A DNA stretch of 64,000 nt from Isurus oxyrinchus (GCA_026770705.1 JANJGN010000035.1:13888001-13952000), one strand, 5' to 3'; shown: positions 48,890-61,472, counted from the first letter of the stretch. A program made the numbers and translations. The notes: generated from the letters alone by a model not told the origin.

Positions 48890-49959
48890 CTGCAAAGAAA
48901 TTAATTTGCAAAACTGATTTTAAGATGTGCAAATTATTTTCTGTATTTCTGCCGCTGTTTCCTCCAGTGTTAACTATAACCACTGTTCTTTTTTAACCAC
49001 ATGCTCTGAAACTGTGCTTCAGACGGGCCACATCCAAATCCTTTTTGTCATTTTCAGAGCAGACGCTATATCACCCCAACACAGTTCAGTGATTTCCCTG
49101 CATGGAATCCTAAATAGCTACCCTCCTCGTTGTCACGGCCTTCCAACTGACTGGAAATGGTCTGTTTCATTAATTTCGATGCGGGACTAAAGTCCCCTCA
49201 CATGACAAGCAGTGAATTCCATCTTTCACATTCTCAGCCAGGAGTTAATGTGGTGTTAAGTGCGAGCTATCAGCTAAGTTGCTTCTTGCTGCTTTTAACA
49301 TTCAACTCTCGTCCACATTGCCCATTTGCACCCGGAACGTACCGTAGTCAGAAAACCTGTATATATAGTGCCCTATCCCATTAACGCACCCTGGACAAAT
49401 GCTGCAGCAAGCTGACAACACATCATCGCACATAAATTGGAGATCTATCAGGGCAAATCCCGTGAAGAATCAAACAGGATAATTAAAAAGGGATTGATGG
49501 TTTAAGAAATTTGTTATCATTATAAACACAATCTAGTAAGCAAAATGGATATCTATAATTTTTGTTCCAGTTTATGATTTGTGGGAGTGTACGGTCCATT
49601 ATTGGAGAGGAAATGAATAGACACCGTGTGAGTATATCCTTATTGTCATTCGCTGAATCAAAACTATTCAGCTCCAGGAGTACTGTTATTATGTTAAATT
49701 CCGTAATGCAGAGGAAACCATAATTTCATACCCTGCGCACAGGCCTGGGAGGAAATGTATAGAGGCATCGGAGAAGTGATTAGGAGGCTGATACGGGAAA
49801 TCATTTATCGTTTCAAGATATTTTTCCAAACTATATAAATAGTCACATTTTTTCAAATTCCGTGAACCCAAAGAAAAACACAAAATTTTATTTTTAACAC
49901 GGTGCAATGTGCATTGACTAGAATTTCCATTTCTTTCGCTGTGTGCACCGAATGTATTT

Positions 49960-50330
49960 TCGGCCAACAGTCCAATGGCTTTGTGTGAAATATCATGGAC
50001 AGATATCAGAACTAATTACTGCTTACTCTCCGAAGCTCTGGGCCTGTTTGTTGGCGAATTTGACCAGTTTCTATGTTTTGGCGGTGGATCTCTATCTGTT
50101 ACACTTCGATGTCTGCATTTGGCCCGGACTAAAACTGTGCACTTCCGGAGGTGTTTGACCTTCTTGTGCCGTTCATGTGAGTGCAGAATAAAATCCTCAA
50201 ATGTGGCTGAATTATGTGAATCGGCAAAAGGCAGGTCCAGAACGTGTTTGCGTTATTTTATATAGACCGAATCTGAATGGACAGTACGGAGGGAGCTCGC
50301 TCACGTGTTAATGTTCCAAATCAACCTCCT
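49960..50330 (+). pseudogene. Decayed ZNF exon, paralog of 22240-22650
   Basis: HLARTKTVHFRRCLTFLCRSCECR fits L-x2-(H)-x3-H-linker-F-x-C-x2-C. Confidence 0.55.
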
Positions 50331-50639
50331 TCCACCAAACTCGCTGAAACTGGCGATAGAAGAAGTGCAATTTCCGTTTGCCTGAAACACTTAACCTCGT
50401 GAAGCATCCTCTGCTGCTACAGAGGACTGTTAACAGCCAACGCTCAGACCTGTACACAGATAGCATTATAAGCTTAGCGATCCAAACAATTGGAAAAGTA
50501 AGTGGACTGGAGGAGCACCTTCGGGTGCATGGCTGCTGAGCAGTTTACTGCAAGTTGCTATATGGGCAGCGATGTATTCTTATGTTTCAAATTTAGTAAA
50601 GAGTGAAATCAAGCAGGCGGGCCAAGAGGCAATTGGAAT

Positions 50640-50875
50640 AGTCAAGACACGAGACACGAGCCACTGATGAGATTTTTCCCGTCCAGCTACATAGTTGCCA
50701 GTCAAAGGCACACAGAAACCAATTAGACATGATAAGCATGCCAAGCATAAATAACTACCACCACTACCTGTCTCCAAAATCCCGCGCCCCAAGAACATTT
50801 CACAGCCATTTACCAGTGTCAATCTCATATTTATCGTTTTGGGTTCAACCAATAGGTGCAAAATGCATTGCCCTG
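50640..50875 (-). pseudogene. Decayed ZNF relic
   Basis: Minus ATT GAC ACT GGT AAA TGG CTG TGA AAT G (50823-50796) resembles ATT CAC ACT GGG GAG AAG CCG TGG AAA TG. Confidence 0.45.
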
Positions 50876-51269
50876 CATCTATCTGCTGAAATCTTGACTA
50901 TTTTGGAAATATCTCTTATATTCGCCACTGAGACTTCTGTTGTCTAGGGGAGAGGCACCAGCCTAATCACTTGTATGCATTATTAAATTTCTTCTTCGGA
51001 TTGCTCAAAACCTGCTTTGTTGAATTGCCTGTTGGAGGCCAATTCTTTCGTGATTTATTTTTTACGATGAGGGTCTCTATATATGGTTGTTATAGGCGTC
51101 GGTGTAAATAGATAGCAGTCAGTTGGCTGATGTTTAGAACGGTAGACATGTTTGCCACTTGTCATTTGTGTATCTGCTCCCTTATCCACCCATTGTCAAG
51201 TAGTGAGGCAAAACTAGTAAAATGACGCCCATGTATTTAACTTCCCATGGAGGCCCATTGGATGGCAAA

Positions 51270-51420
51270 TGGCAATAGCTCTCTCCCAATACAGTGTTGC
51301 CCCAGGCCAATGCCCAATACCATCTAATTACTTTCCACAATTGTGACTATATTCTCTGTCCAATACTCTGTGTTAAGTTTCTTTGTAAATTGTGCCCTCG
51401 AAGTGTTCACCAGAAATCTC
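51270..51420 (+). pseudogene. Decayed finger, paralog of 23575-23720
   Basis: cagtgttgccccaggccaatgcccaataccatctaattactttccac is collinear with 23598-23643. Confidence 0.4.
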
Positions 51421-51789
51421 GTGACTGAAGTCCATTTCCTTCTTTCTGACTGTCATTAACATGTTCTTGCCATTGATGCCCAGGGGTATCCTTACGAGCT
51501 CCTAATCATCGTTTGGATCCTAGTGTTGTTGGAGATATCCATAGCAATCGCTGTTTCCATTATTGGCTGGACGGCGCTGGGCAGAAATTCAAAGACTCAC
51601 GTCTATCAGGTTAGTGATTATAGGGGACCTGTTAATATTTAGCATTATTCTGGAGAAAAGGAAGCGACATGAATCTAAGCAGCACCTTTTCTGACCATTA
51701 GAAAGGCCCTTACTTAGAACGAAACATTAACCTACTAATAGGAGCGTGATTATCACAAGCTGTTAATTCCTGTTTGTTGCGTAAGAGTG

Positions 51790-52490
51790 CAGAGGTTCAG
51801 AGGGTGTCCTTGTGCATGAATCACAAATGGTACAACAATTCAAATGGAAATAGAATGTTATATATATATATTTTACACGGGTAATTGGTTACAAAAACAT
51901 GTTTCAGATGTTCAGAGCATTGGTGAGACCAGAACTGCAGTACTTTGTAGAGCATTGGTCAACATATGTAAGGAAATATATAAATGTATTAGAGTCAGTT
52001 CAGAGACGGTTTGCAAGATGAATGCCAGGAGTGGATGCGTTACCTCATGTGGAAAGGCTGGGCAGGTTAGACTTGAATCCACTGGAATGCAGTAAGAGTA
52101 AGACATAAGTTGATTGAGAGCTTGAAGATACTGAGGGGCCTTGACACACTGGATGTGGAGCGAATGTTTTCTATTGTGGGATAATCTAGAAGTCGGGAGT
52201 CACTGTTTAACAATAAGCCGTCGCTAATTTAGGACAGTGATGGGTAAAACATGTCTGAGAGGGTTGTCCGGCTTTGGCACGCTCTTCCTCAAAAGGTGGT
52301 GAAAGCAGAATCTTTGAACATTTTAGAAGGTAGAGCTGGATTGATACTTTATTAAGTATGGACTTAACGGTTATCGGGATCGTTTGTAATTTGGGTTTGA
52401 GGTTACAATCAGGTCAGCCATGATCTTATTGAATGGTGAAACCGAAAGTTGGGGCCACTCCTATTCCTTGTTCATATGTTCCTATGGTCA
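51790..52490 (+). mobile_element. CR1 LINE 3' portion (only its 5' part survives in copy A at 24110-24235)
   Basis: gtgtccttgtgcatgaatcaca...gagcattggtgagaccagaactg...caatcaggtcagccatgatcttattgaatgg...ttcatatgttcctatg. Confidence 0.85.
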
Positions 52491-52914
52491 AATCCATGAT
52501 CAAGTGTAAAGTGTTAACTTGGTATAGAATGCTCCCTGTGGTACAAAGCAGTGTCGGCAGATGATGAATGATTTTCAAATAAGTTTTGTGTTCCCCAAGT
52601 GTCAATTTTGGGTAAATTACTCCTTCCTAAGTTCTATAAACCAACAAGAGTATGGTCTCGGGAGAAACTTAATAAAATTTGCTGCCAGTACACAACTTGA
52701 TAACTTGGTAGATATGGGCGACCGGGGTTGTTGACTCCAGCTGGCATAGACCGAATAAGCAAATGAGTTGAAACTTGGTAGATAGATCTGAATGCTGGTA
52801 ATTATAACGCTTGAAAAGGCAAATATGTCAGGTCAATGTACATTTACCATTCTTAAAAGTGGATGTGTGAAGAAAAGTCTTCCTGTCCACATAGCTGAAT
52901 CATATATTTATTTT

Positions 52915-53235
52915 GGTTCGATCTTGGGATGTGGGCGTCATGCTGATCGGGGCCAATATTTAAGTCCCGTCCTTAATCAAAGGGCATTAAAGTGTCAACC
53001 AAATGTAGGCCAGGCCAGGAAAGGACGGCAGACTGCCTTCCCTGTAGGACATTAGTGAACCAGGTTGAGGTTTACGACAATCGGCAATGGATTCAATGTC
53101 ATCAGCATCAGAATTTTAATTCCAGAATTTTATTGAATTCAAATTGCACCATTTGCTGAGCAGATTCCGTATCCCCTGAACATCAGCTTTTTTCTCTGGA
53201 ATTCTGATCAGTGGCAATACCACAATGCACCGTCT
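52915..53235 (-). mobile_element. tRNA-derived SINE, near full length
   Basis: gggatgtgggcgtc...tgtaggccaggccaggaaaggacggcagactgccttccctgtaggacattagtgaaccag...ttccagaattttattgaattcaaatt. Confidence 0.85.
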
Positions 53236-53329
53236 CTAAATGGAGTTATACAGTATGAAATCAGCTGAATGTGCTACAACTTTATAAATAGCAGCCTCTG
53301 TATCAGCTTTTGTGGACAATTCCACACAA

Positions 53330-54000
53330 TGCTCTTCAAATACCTGATGGCATTAAAACCGGTCCAGGGGAAGTGTCCAGGCTTGTTCGTGGGCAACGGA
53401 CCTCAGTTGTAAGGAGAGGCTATATTATAGCGAAGATGCTTGTAATTGGTAGAAAAATATTTGGAGGAGATTTATTAACGAGGTGCTGGGTGGATTTTTG
53501 GAAGAGACAGAGAACGGCAGCTCCCTCTTGCGGCTAGTCAGAAAGACAAGTTGCATGGATGGAACATCTTTGGAAGAAGGTTGAGGGGAAATAAGTCTTA
53601 TTTGTTTCGAAAACGATTGTCTAATCCTCGGACATTGCAAATGTAAAAAGCAGAATCTGGAAATTGCTTACAGAATTATTTTCAATGGGAACAAGACAGG
53701 TCGTCGTGAATGAAAAGCTGACAGGTTTAAAGATAAAAAGGATGAGCAGGAGATGTGGGACACACAATCACTTTGCTCCTTCAAGAGTTCAGCACAAGGA
53801 GGAAAGGCGGATATGCTGCCCATGTCGGATCCAGACACGCACAGGTAGCAGCTGGTAGAGGGCATTTGAATATTTCCCGGGCAAAGGCTAGGTTGAATAT
53901 CATTAGGACACATCACCAGGGGGTAATGAGGGATTTGATAGCCAGTATTATTAGTGGGGCGGGCGATGGCTGCGGCAGCCAAGTGCACCACATTTCAGCT
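53330..54000 (+). pseudogene. Decayed ZNF exon
   Basis: AGA GTT CAG CAC AAG GAG GAA AGG CGG ATA TGC TGC CCA TGT (53784-53825; RVQHKEERRICCPC, similar to RVHTEERPFxCxxC); RTHHQGV downstream. Confidence 0.45.
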
Positions 54001-54424
54001 TGAATGCCGGCTCCCATCAGCTGGTGATCCAGGCTAGACAAGTGATTTAACTTCTTATTTTTGACATTCTGACATTGTTTGTTAAAAAAAAAATGGCCAC
54101 TCAGTTTACTTCAATGCTCGTATGAATAAAATAAGGTTTTTGTGTGGAATGTCATCTTCTGGACCCGGATTTTGCAAAACCTTGACACGTTTAATGAGTT
54201 ACATTTATTTACTGACTCAGGCTGACATCGTAGAGATACTTTCATAATTCTGAACATTGTATTCACTTTTCTAAAATGGCTTTATACATATGTCGCTATA
54301 TTATACTCTGATACACATTCGCACATATCTTATATAAACACTTTTTCAATTAATATTGTTTTGCGAAATTCCATTAATACTGTAATTAATCACTATTATT
54401 TGAGTGACTTTCCTTCCTGGCTAC

Positions 54425-55145
54425 TCAGAAGAACGGAGGATCAAAGTTACCTTGGTCTACATGTGCATAGATTCCCGAAGGCAGCAGCACACGTGGATAA
54501 GGTGGTGAAGAGAGCAAAGGGCTGACTTTCCTTTATAGTCTGAGGCATAGAATGTCACAGCAGGCAATGTTGGAGCTGTATCAAATGCCAGTTAAGCCGC
54601 ACGTGGATTGCTGTGTGCTATTCTGGCCATCACACGAAAGGAAGGATGTGATTGCACTGGAGAGGTTGCAAATGAGATTCACCAGAATGTTGCCTGGCCT
54701 GGAAAGTTTCAGCCATGAAGGGAGCTTTGAAAGGTTTTGCTTCTCTTCCTTAGAGCAGAGAAGGCTGAGGTGGAACCTAAACGAGGTATACAAAATTATG
54801 AGGGGCATAGATATCCTAGGAAAGATAAAACCTTCCCCATTAGCAGAGGTGTCAATAATCATGGGGCATAAACTTATGGTAAGGGTCAGGAGGTTGAGAG
54901 TAGATTTGTGGATTTATTTTCAACCTTGAAGGTGGGGATTATCGGAAACTCACTTTCTGAGGGCGTAGTAGATGCAAGAACTCTCACAGAATTTAATAAG
55001 TATTTAGTTGAGAACTAGAAATGGGTTTGCACACGGGGCTACGGGCCTGGAGCTGGCAGAGGAGATTAGAATAGACAGGTGCTTGAGAGATGCCACTGCC
55101 GTGAAGGGCCAAAGCGCCACGTTCTGTGCTGCATAATTCTAAGAC
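54425..55145 (+). mobile_element. CR1 LINE 3' portion
   Basis: ORF 54552-54929 MLELYQMPVKPHVDCCVLFWPSHERKDVIALERLQMRFTRMLPGL...LEQRRLRWNLNEVYKIMRG. Confidence 0.95.
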
Positions 55146-55199
55146 GCGATGACAGTTTTTGTGCACCATTTGACATTTGTTCCAATTTCATTCACAGCC

Positions 55200-55520
55200 A
55201 GCCAAGGAGTCCTCAATTCAGTTCTCAAACACCTGTACCCCAGGGCCCGGTCAGTTGCAATGCGACACCAGCAGCACCGCTCTAGTCCGCTCTTCATCAG
55301 CACAGCAGGAGGTCCAGCATGAGGTAATTTGCCGCTGTCGAGATCGAGTCCAGTTCATGGCTAAGGTTGCTTTTAATGTCCAAGAACGCAAGTTGCTAAC
55401 TGAAACTAAAGCAACGTGACCAACAGAATATAGAGACGAAGTGGAGCTCAGCAACTGAACATGAAAGGATAAGAGGAGGTCAGCATTCCCTTCGTTGCAT
55501 TGCTGGCTCTTGAAATATCT
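55200..55520 (+). pseudogene. Decayed ZNF exon
   Basis: CGA CAC CAG CAG...TTC ATC AGC (RHQQ...FIS for FIC); GTT CAT GGC TAA GGT TGC TTT TAA TGT CCA (55353-55382), similar to VHTDERPFKCP. Confidence 0.55.
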
Positions 55521-55749
55521 CTGCAATTGAACACTGCCCCCAAAGTATTTTCCCCTAGCCCGTCAAATATTTAATCAATGCAGATTTAAAGGGTGTTAGT
55601 GAAACTTCTTCCACCAGCATGTCAAACAATTTAAAAATGCTTTCCCGTTTTCCATTTCACTTTTAACCAAAGTGCAAATTCTTCCCCTCCCCTCTTTCAT
55701 TTACCCTCCCTTTTTCGAAAGATTCCACTTTGTGGTCTTTCATTTTCTC

Positions 55750-56400
55750 CCATCTATCACTAACAGGCCTCTCCTTCCATCAGGTGTCCAATGCCAGTAT
55801 CTAGCACTGCACTCGTTGTCTTCACCTCTCCTCACTGTTACTCACCTCCGTGCCCACATTCATATACCGATCCTCCTCGAGGACATTCTCGAGTTCGAAT
55901 AATCACGTGTTTCACTTTTAAAACGAGGTTTGTTAGAAAACTACATCAAAACCCTGGGGGAGGACACGTGGCAGAAACCGCTTCGTACCAACCACGCCCA
56001 GGATACATGGGACCAGTTGAAACCCATTGCCTAACTCTCTCCCTCGCAGGTTCTCTCTTCTTTAATCGTTTACCCCCATTTCTCCATCAATTCCACACTA
56101 TGCCCATGAATCAATCTACGCCCTTCATGGTAAATGATCTCCATTGCCGTGAGGCCATGGAGGTGCGATCTGTTAATGAAGATCGTATTGCTCCTGACCT
56201 CGCTTTCATCCTCTGAGTTGACCCTGTCTCCCTGGAATACTGGAGTTTGGCTTACATTCTAATTCAGTGATTAAAACCACCGCATCCAACAACAAACATG
56301 TCAATTCTTTGCACGTTTAAAAATAAACCCGTACCTGTGCCAATTCTGTCCCGAATTGTGTCATTCCATCTGCTCCCTCAAGGCAGCTCTCTGAACCATG
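55750..56400 (+). mobile_element. Highly decayed Penelope-like RT remnant
   Basis: Ordered relics resembling RLLFTMDVQSLY (aggcctctccttccatcaggtgtccaatgcc), MGP (acatgggacca), KPTDS (aaaccaccgcatcc) and RRICS (ccatctgctcc). Confidence 0.4.
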
Positions 56401-57279
56401 CCATTTGAGACATTTAGATTTTAAGGATTAAAAGCGCCAGTGGACTCAATTGAGATACTGAAAGCCACTCTCCACCGGTCCGCTATCCCCATATGTCATT
56501 ATGAGCTTCGCTTTAAAACAGCAATGTTCAGAACTCCAGGCAGTCTGGCGCAGTATCTTCCATTCAGTAATCAGTTGAAACGAGGTATGGACAAACAGAA
56601 AAAAAAAAACAACATGAATGTCTGAGTTATATTTCAGCCCATGCACCAAAATGCCACTGGTTTGCTTAATCCTGTTCCTGACCTGCATGCCCAAGGAAGC
56701 ACATTGGACTGCATGAGTGAGCCCCCACACGGAAGGAATGAATGATTTATATTGTTAAACATGCTGCTCAACAAAGCGCGGGGAAGGGGGTAATGCCCAG
56801 CCTTTTAATGGACATGTTGTCCTGTGCAGTCTATTTAGTATACAGTTTACAGTTCTCAGAATTTACAAAATTTTTCGCTTTTCGCTTTCATCCTTTCAGT
56901 GAGTTGGGAACACACTTTTTCACAATCAACTAACAACAAAAAATGACATAGTTTTCCCACTCACTAAACATAAACTATTTGCATGATTCACATCATCTCC
57001 AACATTCTAAAGGCCCAAATCAGGAAAGTGAGAGAGACAGTAGTTGTCACATATCATGCTCCTATGATGGTGCCACCCACGTTTTGGTTGAAAGACGAGA
57101 TAAAGGGACGCAGTCGGGCTGCGTGCGAGGGTAATGATTTGTAGAGGGAGGATTGTGACTATAGAAAGTGAGGAGGGCGTCTGTTTTTGTTGTTAGGCCC
57201 TGGAGAGCCCAGACAGAAAGAAACTGAGGGATCCTCTGGGAGCTTAGGCAGACATTATCTGACATTGAATCTGATAATG

Positions 57280-57560
57280 CAGGGTTTGTGTGCTGCCTTT
57301 GCACTGACCATGAGGTGATGGGACGCATCTCCTGCTGCATTCTGCTGTTCATCAAACAATGGCTGAGATTGAGTCATGCCACATTATAAGAATCCACCCT
57401 TCAGAAACCGTTCAAATGCCATAGAGACATCGATGACAGCATCAGTCCTGCTTCTACACTCAAAAGAACGGGAGCGCCAATATTCACATTTTAGTCTATT
57501 CCTAAGCGCAGAACGACCCTTGGTTAAACTAATCCTGATGACTATCGGAGGCAAATAGCA
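57280..57560 (+). pseudogene. Decayed C2H2 ZNF array
   Basis: FVCCLC, then THLLLHSAVH 35 nt after the second Cys (36 expected); AGA ATC CAC..CAG AAA CCG TTC AAA TGC (RIH..QKPFKC, 57402-57419); ASTLKR; AERPLV. Confidence 0.6.
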
Positions 57561-57859
57561 TTCTGTAGGGCACACTAACTGATATTTATTAGAATAATAA
57601 ATGCACGTGGAGCAGGTGGTGGCCATCACGGCTTTTCCAATGTTCATTAAGACCAGTTTTAATTTCCAACCTGACTCTGACATTCCTTACTTGTCTACAT
57701 ATCCGTTGATTCTCACATGATCCCGAGAAATTATTGGCCTCAATTCCGAATAAACTGAGCCTGACTCACTGTCATCCCTTGTTAGGAAATCAAATGATCC
57801 ACAGGCACCTGTGCGCTCGGACATCCTACTTTAATCAAGCTTCTCATTCACATTGTCAT

Positions 57860-58250
57860 CGAGCACGCCTCCTCCTTTCTTTGCCCTATCCCCTCCCTAC
57901 CACTTTCCCTCCCCCAATATACGCTATACCCCATCCCCTGCACCCTCACCTCCACCATCCCCTGCCCTAGCCCTCGCCCTTTCACATTCTGAATCCCCGA
58001 CCTCACCCACCGCCTCCTTGCACTTTCCGCCTGCAAAAACTCCAAACATGCTCCACGGCCACCTCTCCACCTCCCAATACATCTCAGTCCATCCACCCTT
58101 CCTCTCCATCTCCAACTTCTAGCACCACCTCTCCCCTCCCCCATCCTTTCACAATATCCCCTGCCCCCCACCACTCTCGCCCTCTTCCCAAAACCAACAC
58201 TTGCTCCACCCTTCATGCTCCTCTCCACCACCCCCCCCCCCCCTCCAACC
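57860..58250. repeat. C-rich polypyrimidine tract
   Basis: Low-complexity C/T sequence ending in a C homopolymer run. Confidence 0.85.
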
Positions 58251-58324
58251 CACGTTCAGTGCAGCGAAATTGATGGATGCAATGGATCCGTTTTTTAAGG
58301 AGACTTTTCAGTACACATGTGATG

Positions 58325-58385
58325 CGAGTGACTGTCGCTCAACTTATCTCAGGTTGATCGGTTTCAATATCCCTGCAAACGGGAG
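58325..58385 (+). pseudogene. Possible tRNA-Lys 3'-half relic
   Basis: cttatctcaggttgatcggtttcaatatccctgcaaacgggag versus tttaatctgagggtccagggttcaagtccctgttcgggcg. Confidence 0.3.
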
Positions 58386-59516
58386 AGCATCAGCAGTTGA
58401 ATTGTAAACTTCCATCTGCGCGAAACCTATAAGACTGTGTGTTCAGTGCAGGGAAATAAATAAAAATGACCCACTGTAAATTTCTGTGCAGAATATACCT
58501 GTTTGCCTGCAATTGTTCAATAAGGCAGCTCACCACCGACATTCTCAAGAGCGACTAGAAATGGGCAATAAATGCTTGCTCGGCCAGCGGAGCCAACATC
58601 CCGTGAATGAATAATAGAATCTTAATAGTATTCCTGATTTACAGATGTGAGGAGTTATAATGAACGACCAGTTGGTGGCGTGAACGCAGACCGAACCTCC
58701 CATAAGGATGGACTAACTGGTCAATATGAGTAAATAACCTTTGGAAAATTCGGCAGGAGGGTGGTGAGTAGAAACAATAATAGGTGAAGGTCTCGTATTT
58801 GCAAATCGATTAACTGTTTTAGAACATGTCATTGCTGCAACTAAGAGAGTGACACACAAATAGCTTTTTAAATTTAAAGGTCAGTGACTTCACACTTCCC
58901 CACCACCAAGAACAAATGACGTATTTGTTCTCACCTGAAATTCACCCCTCCCGGATTTCGAATTTCCCGATGTTAATTCTTCACATGTGTGTCGCTCCTG
59001 ATCGAACATCAGCCTTCAAAACATGAAGGCTCCAAAGCAAAATTCCGCTGAGGCGTTGGGTTCGTGCTATTCTTACGCGGCTAGCGACCATGAAACCAGT
59101 GCCAAAGAGGCACAGCTGGTGCCCTGAAGCCTTTTAGGGACATACATCTGCTCTCCTCATCTGGCCAGGCATACGAGTGTCTCCATGCTCACAATAGAAA
59201 TGTTGTTGACTCTTACAAATGCCTCCTGAATAAGTATATGTTCTAAATGTTGACCTAGCCAGCGCTAGCTATCATCCCATGAACAAATCCGAAAATCAAT
59301 TACCACATCACACGCGACAACAGTGAAAGATCGAGTAATTGGTGCAGCGAGAAAGTTCATGAACGAGAAGCCAAAGAGAGGGAATGAGGCTACAGGGTTT
59401 GCAGAAGTTCTGTAGAGGGCAGGATTGTTTGGAATGGAATGAAAAATAAAAGACACAGAGATTGTAACGCCTTTTGTTAGACCATGAAGAACACTGCTTG
59501 GAAACCAGCACCTAAA

Positions 59517-59589
59517 GCACGGGTAGGTCAGTCTGTAGCGCATCAGACTTTTGATATGAGTGCCCTTGGTTTAATCACCTGTTCGGGAG
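59517..59589 (+). pseudogene. tRNA-Lys(UUU) pseudogene, full length
   Basis: 73 nt, no indels, 57/73 identical to canonical GCCCGGATAGCTCAGTCGG...CCCTGTTCGGGCG by my count; TTT anticodon kept, but B-box reads GGTTTAA and the stems are broken. Confidence 0.9.
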
Positions 59590-60861
59590 TCATTCCTTAA
59601 CCTGTGAGCCTCAAGGCTGTCGGAAATATCCCAGAGATGAAATGAATTCATTAGGAATGTGACTGCCCAGTGTGTGCTCTGCCAGAATTCTGTTAAAGTA
59701 ATTTGTTTTTCCCTCTTTCGAATGGTCACAGGAACTCAAAATGTTAACTCTGTTTCACACTCCGCAGAGAAGTGCTAGACGTGCTGAGTTTTACCAGCAT
59801 TTTCTGTTTGTTTGGAATGAGTGTTATCCTTGCCTCATCGGCGGTGTAACTGATGGTCAGATTTTTAAGGGGATTATCATAGTTGTTATACTAGTAATTT
59901 CAGCTTTCAATCATTCCAGTCGTGAAATATGTTTTATTTTAGTTTTATAGAAGAAAAACTCTTGAGTCTTCGTGGTCTTATTAATAATGAAATGAAAGCC
60001 TGTATCTCGAAATTACAATAATGCATTGTCACAGTTGTTTGAAGATTCCCTGTGGGATTTGAACAACTCAGTATTTTCCATCGGCTGTGTCAAAATAATT
60101 GCCGAATGTTTTGAAAGCACGTCAAATTCTGAAAACCAAATATTTCCCTCCGAGGTTTCTTTCTGACCCGAACTGAATCAGAAGTGGCTTCTGAGTCACA
60201 TTCTTTAGACCATGTCTTAGTATCAACAGCTTCAATGGTTTTCTCTCTCTGTCAGAATGTTGTTAGGCATTTCGCTCTGCGCCATTTTACTGCTTTTAGA
60301 CTTGGATCTTGATTGGCCGTTTTATGCCAGTTCTTCAGGTTCGGGAGAATGGAGCTTTCTCAGTATGTAATGATGTTTTACATTAAAAACACTGCGATAC
60401 GTCCAACAATAATCCGTCTGAGGTCAACAGGAAGAAGCATTATGCACATGTTGCTCCCAATTAACCAAATAAAAAGCGGAAAGATGCTGTTGAATCTGCA
60501 ACTATTCAACCTATTTTTAATTTAATGCAGGTGTTGCTCTGAGGAGTGTCTGCAAGAATATCATAAACAGGGGCAGGAGTAGCACCCACTGTTACGAATG
60601 CCCCAGCATTCAATATGGTCAGGGCGTATCTCGTATGTAATTGTCACTTTCCTAAATAGTCTTCGTGCCCAGACTAGTATGAGCGCAGTTCCACATTGTC
60701 AAAAGTTCAAAACATGAAATTGAACAGATTTTGAGAGGTAAGTTGATGAATGGACAGTCGCTGAGGACTGTCAGATTCTCAGAACAAGGCGTCGACCATT
60801 ATCACTGAAACAAGGAAAACGTTTTTCTTCCAATTCCTGTGAATGTTCTGAATTCTAAACT

Positions 60862-60882
60862 GGGGAGAACTGCGCATGCTCG
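60862..60882. promoter_or_regulatory. NRF1-like motif block
   Basis: ggggagaactgcgcatgctcg, identical to 25103-25123. Confidence 0.5.
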
Positions 60883-61472
60883 CTGATTATAATCGGGACT
60901 GAAGTCGATATTTTCCAGTCTCCTGGCAGAACAAAGGGGTTTGAGTACAATTCAGGAAGGTGACATTGCGATAGGAGATGAGCCAGGACCATGTTGAACG
61001 TTAAGCACTCCTGAACCGTAGCAGATCCTGCTTCTGTTCCTGATAAGGATCAGAGCAACTGGCAGGTTGCATTTGCCTCCGAGAGGAAGGTTTGCAAATT
61101 CCTATTTTTAATCGGTTAATCGGGAATGCAATTTGCAAGCGGCAGGTTGCAATTGCCTTCGTATTTGCTAAATTGAGAGTAGACTGATGGAGATATATTT
61201 GGTGTTACTGTTGTGAAATCGAGAGAAACCTCTTCAGCCTGTCGTGTAGAACAGAAAGTTCTAGTACATTCAATTCTCCTTTCAGGGCGCAGTGTTTTGA
61301 AAAATATCGTGCTGTAAATTTGCAAGAAATTGGTGGAAATTAATCAACGGCAGAAATACTTTAATGCCATTCAGCCGACATTTTAAAGATTACTGCATTA
61401 AGGCACTTTGCGGCTAGAGGGAAATGCAGCATCAGTTGTTTAAAGTTCCTTATTTTAAATGAGGTGGACTAT

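Larger units (their letters stand above)
25541..61290. repeat. Copy B of the tandem segmental unit
   Basis: Same order of tRNA-Lys relic, CR1, 37-mer array, spacer, 43-mer array, ZNF relics, CT tract and NRF1 block as copy A; has extra blocks at about 37300-47600 and 51900-60110. Confidence 0.85.

Noticed and set aside
55198-55323. 126-nt open exon with AG/GT borders (TPGPG motif)
   Set aside because: No partner exons; another frame shows ZNF relic motifs continuing past the supposed donor.
59517-59589. Functional tRNA-Lys gene
   Set aside because: B-box altered (GGTTTAA), D, anticodon and T stems disrupted, and no adjacent T-run terminator.
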